This document shows, piece by piece, positions 60,314 to 64,000 of a DNA stretch of 64,000 nucleotides (position 1 is the first letter of the stretch; each line of letters opens with the position of its first letter). Source of the stretch: Terriglobia bacterium (GTDB lineage Bacteria > Acidobacteriota > Terriglobia > Acidiferrales > UBA7541). The notes below the pieces were generated by a model. It made no database searches, had not been told where the DNA came from, and was given only the letters and a program-made list of their open reading frames with translations. The stretch covers positions 2,144,001 through 2,208,000 of the forward strand of contig OY968796.1 of NCBI GenBank assembly GCA_963695545.1, written 5' to 3'. The translations under genes were made by a program, and so were the position numbers.

Positions 60314-61498
60314 ATGGATCAACCGGTAATTTTGAGCGCGGTGCGCACTCCCATCGGACGATTTCAAGGCGCGCTGGCTCCGCTTTCGGCGGTCGAACTG
60401 GGCGCGCGAGTGGTGGCGGAGGCAGTTCGCCGCGCGGGGATTGAGCCGGGCGCGGTGGATGAAGCCATTCTCGGCAACGTGGTGCAGGCGGGGCTCGGGC
60501 AGAATCCGGCGCGGCAAGCGGCACTGCGCGGAGGTCTCGCGCCGCGCGTCGCGGCGATGACCATCAATAAGGTTTGCGGATCGGGGCTGAAAGCCGTGGC
60601 GCTCGCCGCGCAGGCCGTGCAACTTGGAGAGAGCGAAATCGTGGTGGCCGGCGGCATGGAGTCGATGTCGAATTGCCCGTATCTTTTGCCGGGCGCGCGC
60701 GCGGGCTATCGGCTGGGCAACGCCGAGGTTGTGGATTCGATGGTGCACGACGGTTTGTGGGATGCGCAGGAAAATTTTCATATGGGTATGACCGCCGAAC
60801 TTGTGGCCGAAAAATACGGCATCACGCGCGAGGAGCAGGACGCTTTTGCGGTGGAAAGCCATCGGCGCGCGGTGCGCGCGCGAAAGTCGTGCTTCTTCGA
60901 GGCGCAAATTCTGCCCATCGAGATTGCGCAGAAAAAGGGCGAACCTATCGTGGTCCGATACGACGAATCGCCGCGCGAGGATTCGACGCTCGAGGCGCTC
61001 GCGAAACTGAAGCCGGCGTTCAAAAAAGACGGCACGGTGACCGCGGGAAACGCGCCGGGCACGAACGATGGGGCCGCGGCGCTCGTGGTGACGAGCGCGC
61101 GGCGCGCGCTGCAACTCGGAAAGACTCCGCGGGCGCGCATCGTGGCGCAGGCGGTGAGCGGCGTTGAACCGAAGTGGGTGATGATGGCGCCGGTGGACGC
61201 GGTGGAAAAATTGCTGCAGAAAACCGGCTGGGATCGCGATCGCGATGTCGACTTGTACGAATTGAATGAAGCGTTTGCCGTGGCCGCGATTGCCGTGACC
61301 CGCGAATTGCGGCTGGATCCGCCGAAGGTCAACGTGAATGGCGGCGCGGTTGCGTTGGGGCATCCGATCGGAGCTTCGGGCGCGCGAATTCTCGTGACGT
61401 TACTGTATGAACTCGAGCGGCGCGATCTGAAGCGCGGAATCGCGGCGCTGTGCCTGGGCGGCGGCAACGCCGTGGCGCTGGCCATCGAGCGCGCATGA
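60314..61498 (+). CDS. Acetyl-CoA C-acetyltransferase (thiolase)
   Basis: [25 protein letters not shown]. Confidence 0.95.
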   Translation: MDQPVILSAVRTPIGRFQGALAPLSAVELGARVVAEAVRRAGIEPGAVDEAILGNVVQAGLGQNPARQAALRGGLAPRVAAMTINKVCGSGLKAVALAAQAVQLGESEIVVAGGMESMSNCPYLLPGARAGYRLGNAEVVDSMVHDGLWDAQENFHMGMTAELVAEKYGITREEQDAFAVESHRRAVRARKSCFFEAQILPIEIAQKKGEPIVVRYDESPREDSTLEALAKLKPAFKKDGTVTAGNAPGTNDGAAALVVTSARRALQLGKTPRARIVAQAVSGVEPKWVMMAPVDAVEKLLQKTGWDRDRDVDLYELNEAFAVAAIAVTRELRLDPPKVNVNGGAVALGHPIGASGARILVTLLYELERRDLKRGIAALCLGGGNAVALAIERA

Positions 61499-62169
61499 AG
61501 TGTCCGGTCTGCGGAAAAGAATATCGCGCGGGCACGCTGCGCTGCCGCAAGTGTGAAGTCCTGCTGGTGGAATCCACTCCCGCCGAAACAATCGCTGCCA
61601 CGAAATCCGACGCGAAACAAAATCAACGCACCCCTCTGTTGCTGTGGTCGGGGCAAGACCCTGTGTTGTTCTCCGCGCTCACGCACGAACTTGCCGGCGC
61701 CGGGATTCCGTTCTACGAATCCGCGGTGCACGATCCCGCCGTCGGATTGTTCGCGTCGTTTCCGTTGCGCTCGGAAGCGGTCGGCGGATTTGAGATTCGC
61801 GTGGCGGGCTGCGATCTTGCCGCCGCGCGCGAGATTCTGGATTCGATCGTCGGAACGATTGGAACGATCGTCGCCGGCGACGCCGCAGGAAGCGATTCCG
61901 AAGAACGCGGCGCCGGCGAAGACGACCGCGGCGGCGCGTCGCGCAGTCTGGGCGATTGGCGAGCGGACGAGGCCACAGCCGAATTGTGGAATGGCGTTGA
62001 CGAAGCCTGGGCCGAATATTTGATCGACGTGCTTTGGGAAAATGGAGTTCGCGCGAAGACGAGCGAAGACGCGGGCACGCCGCTTCACAGGGTGATGGTG
62101 CGCCCAGCGGATTTCGATCGCGCGCAGCGCGTTTTGCGGCTGCTCGAGGAAGCTTCTTCGCCTGACTGA
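61495..62169 (+). CDS. Hypothetical protein: N-terminal zinc ribbon plus two DUF2007-like domains
   Basis: MKCPVC..EY....CRKC..LV; L..AGIP / L.ENGV followed by V...D...A repeated twice; ATGA overlap with thiolase. Confidence 0.65.
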   Translation: MKCPVCGKEYRAGTLRCRKCEVLLVESTPAETIAATKSDAKQNQRTPLLLWSGQDPVLFSALTHELAGAGIPFYESAVHDPAVGLFASFPLRSEAVGGFEIRVAGCDLAAAREILDSIVGTIGTIVAGDAAGSDSEERGAGEDDRGGASRSLGDWRADEATAELWNGVDEAWAEYLIDVLWENGVRAKTSEDAGTPLHRVMVRPADFDRAQRVLRLLEEASSPD

Positions 62170-62538
62170 TTCGCCGTTGCGATCGGCTCGGACCGCGTTC
62201 GGCCGAATGTGATTTTCCGTGCGGCACATTGCGCCGGAGATCCGCGGTTCGTCGTGCACGCGGCGCGGGCCCATGAGGCGGGTATTGCGCGAACGATCGT
62301 TGGTGGATAGAATTCCGCCCCGTCCGGCCTGATCCATGGGGAAAGGACGCTTTCGGCGGCTCATGCTCGTTCTACCGCGACCGGGATCCCTATGGAGCGG
62401 ACCGTTTTCATCCGGACTCTTCTTAGGAACCAGAATGACGGACCCGCTTACGCGCCGTGGCCACCCGCGCTCTGTCTTATCGCGCGGTTCGCGATTCGGC
62501 GGCGGCCCGCGAAGAGAAGAGCACTCCGAGGAGGAAAA

Positions 62539-63597
62539 ATGGCGCTCGACATGGAAAAGCTCGACCAATTGCTCGGCAGAGGAGTCGTAGACTTCGGAGC
62601 CACAATGCACGCGGCGTTGATCGCGATCGGAGATCGCCTGGGGCTTTACAAAGCGCTGGCGCAATCGGGCCCGATGACGCCAACCCAGCTCGCGGCGAAA
62701 ACCGGCACGAGCGAACGCTACGTTCGAGAGTGGCTTTCGTCGCAGGCGGCCGGAGGATACGTGACATATGACAAGGTGACCGGCCGGTTCAGCCTGACCG
62801 AGGAGCAGGTGTTTGCACTGGCCGACGAGAACAGCCCGGCGTTTTTGCCCGGGGCTTTCCAAGTTGCGTTGGCGGCGACTCGTTCGGTCGACAAGATCAC
62901 GGAGGCATTCAAGACGGGGAAGGGCGTCGGCTGGCATGAGCACGACCCCGAGTTGTTCGTGGGCACCGAGCGGTTTTTCCGTCCGGGCTACGCGGCGAAT
63001 CTCACGGCCTCGTGGATCCCGGCGCTCGAAGGGGTCGAGGCGAAATTGAAACGCGGCGCGCGCGTAGCCGATGTGGGTTGCGGCCACGGGGCGTCGACCG
63101 TCTTGATGGCCGAGGCCTATCCGGCGTCGACGTTCACGGGCTTCGACTATCACCAGGCTTCGATTGACGTTGCCAACGAACGCGCGAAGAAGGCGAACGT
63201 CGGCGGCCGCGTCAAGTTCGCTGCGGCAAGTGCGAAGACCTATCCTGGCGAGGGATATGACTTCGTGACCTTCTTCGATTGCCTGCACGACATGGGGGAT
63301 CCGGTCGGCGCAGCCGAGCATGTGCTGAAAAGCCTCGCGAAGGACGGCACTTGGATGATCGTCGAGCCGTACGCGAACGACAAGCTCGAGGACAACCTCA
63401 ATCCCGTTGGGCGCGTGTATTACTCCGCGTCGACGCTGCTCTGCACGCCCTGCTCGAAGGCGCAGGAGGTCGGCTTGGCGCTGGGCGCGCAGGCCGGAGA
63501 ATCGCAGATGCGAGACGTGATTCTGGGCGGTGGATTTTCGCGGTTCCGTCGGGCGACACAGACTCCGTTCAACCTGGTGTTTGAAGCGCGGCCGTAG
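62539..63597 (+). CDS. Class I SAM-dependent methyltransferase with N-terminal wHTH
   Basis: GAGGAGG SD; ERYVREWL; VADVGCGHG; DCLHD. Confidence 0.88.
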   Translation: MALDMEKLDQLLGRGVVDFGATMHAALIAIGDRLGLYKALAQSGPMTPTQLAAKTGTSERYVREWLSSQAAGGYVTYDKVTGRFSLTEEQVFALADENSPAFLPGAFQVALAATRSVDKITEAFKTGKGVGWHEHDPELFVGTERFFRPGYAANLTASWIPALEGVEAKLKRGARVADVGCGHGASTVLMAEAYPASTFTGFDYHQASIDVANERAKKANVGGRVKFAAASAKTYPGEGYDFVTFFDCLHDMGDPVGAAEHVLKSLAKDGTWMIVEPYANDKLEDNLNPVGRVYYSASTLLCTPCSKAQEVGLALGAQAGESQMRDVILGGGFSRFRRATQTPFNLVFEARP

Positions 63598-63690
63598 AAG
63601 CGCCGCATCGCGGCTCTCGGGCGCATCGAAGCGCGTCGGCGGATGGGTCGCCTTCGACGGAGCGTGATTTCTTTGCATCCGGGAGGCGCG

Positions 63691-64000
63691 ATGCCGGTCG
63701 GCAAAATTCGGACGGTCGCGGTGATCGGCGGGGGCACGATGGGTGCCGGCATCGCTCATGTTTTTGCGCGTTCCGGTTACGGCGTGATTCTGCGCGACGT
63801 TTCAGCGGAAGTGCTCGATCGCGCGCAGGCCACGATCGCGGCGAATCTCGATCGCGAAGTGAAAAATGGCAAAGTGGCCGCCGGCACGAAGCCCGAAATT
63901 CTCGCGCGCATTCATGCGACCACAGACGCGGCGCGCTTGACCGAAGCCGATTTCGCCGTCGAAGCCGTGCCCGAGCGGCTGGAACTGAAGCGCGCGGTGC
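63691..64000 (+). CDS. hbd: 3-hydroxybutyryl/3-hydroxyacyl-CoA dehydrogenase, 3'-truncated
   Basis: GGGAGG SD; VAVIGGGTMGAGIA...EAVPERLELK; runs off the window. Confidence 0.88.
   Translation, partial: MPVGKIRTVAVIGGGTMGAGIAHVFARSGYGVILRDVSAEVLDRAQATIAANLDREVKNGKVAAGTKPEILARIHATTDAARLTEADFAVEAVPERLELKRAV

Noticed and set aside
57149..61363. 1404-aa ORF suggesting a giant helicase fusion
   Set aside because: The first ~400 codons are the antisense of the thiolase gene; the real helicase starts at 60154 (MATLFDE)
60778..63759. 993-aa minus-strand ORF
   Set aside because: Antisense shadow of thiolase, the hypothetical gene and the methyltransferase in high-GC DNA; no domain motifs

Overview
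High-GC bacterial chromosome segment, very probably from an Acidobacterium: it carries paired acidobacterial-type VWA proteins, a Gly-rich TonB, solo VirB10-like secreted proteins and hopanoid genes hpnJ/hpnI. Most of the window is ordinary: two sigma-54 two-component modules, an OmpA-family protein, a BNR-repeat protein, tarD-dctA, two ABC exporters, a MacA/TPR/permease/TolC cluster, tRNA-Gln(CTG), a GH63 glucosidase, ileS-lspA-rluD, a UvrD-nuclease fusion, thiolase and hbd. Three things stand out. (1) A visibly AT-richer ~4.4 kb patch (34.5-38.7 kb) without an integrase holds a DUF5131 (Gp37/Gp68)-TcmP operon extended by a large protein with a nucleoside 2-deoxyribosyltransferase-like domain, plus a convergent solo RusA-like nuclease; this is a candidate nucleotide-modification or defence system. 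(2) Two diverged copies (~1.5 kb and ~38.8 kb) of an unannotated element share an identical promoter architecture, a TTCGAA-centred palindrome, an ATG at the predicted transcription start and a conserved repeat/hairpin tail. (3) Smaller items include a ~200-nt sRNA candidate with promoter and terminator at 56.9-57.1 kb, a DMT-HpnI fusion, an ATPase-less HisKA protein and a zinc-ribbon microprotein missed by the ORF track. All product calls come from reading motifs by eye; no searches were run.
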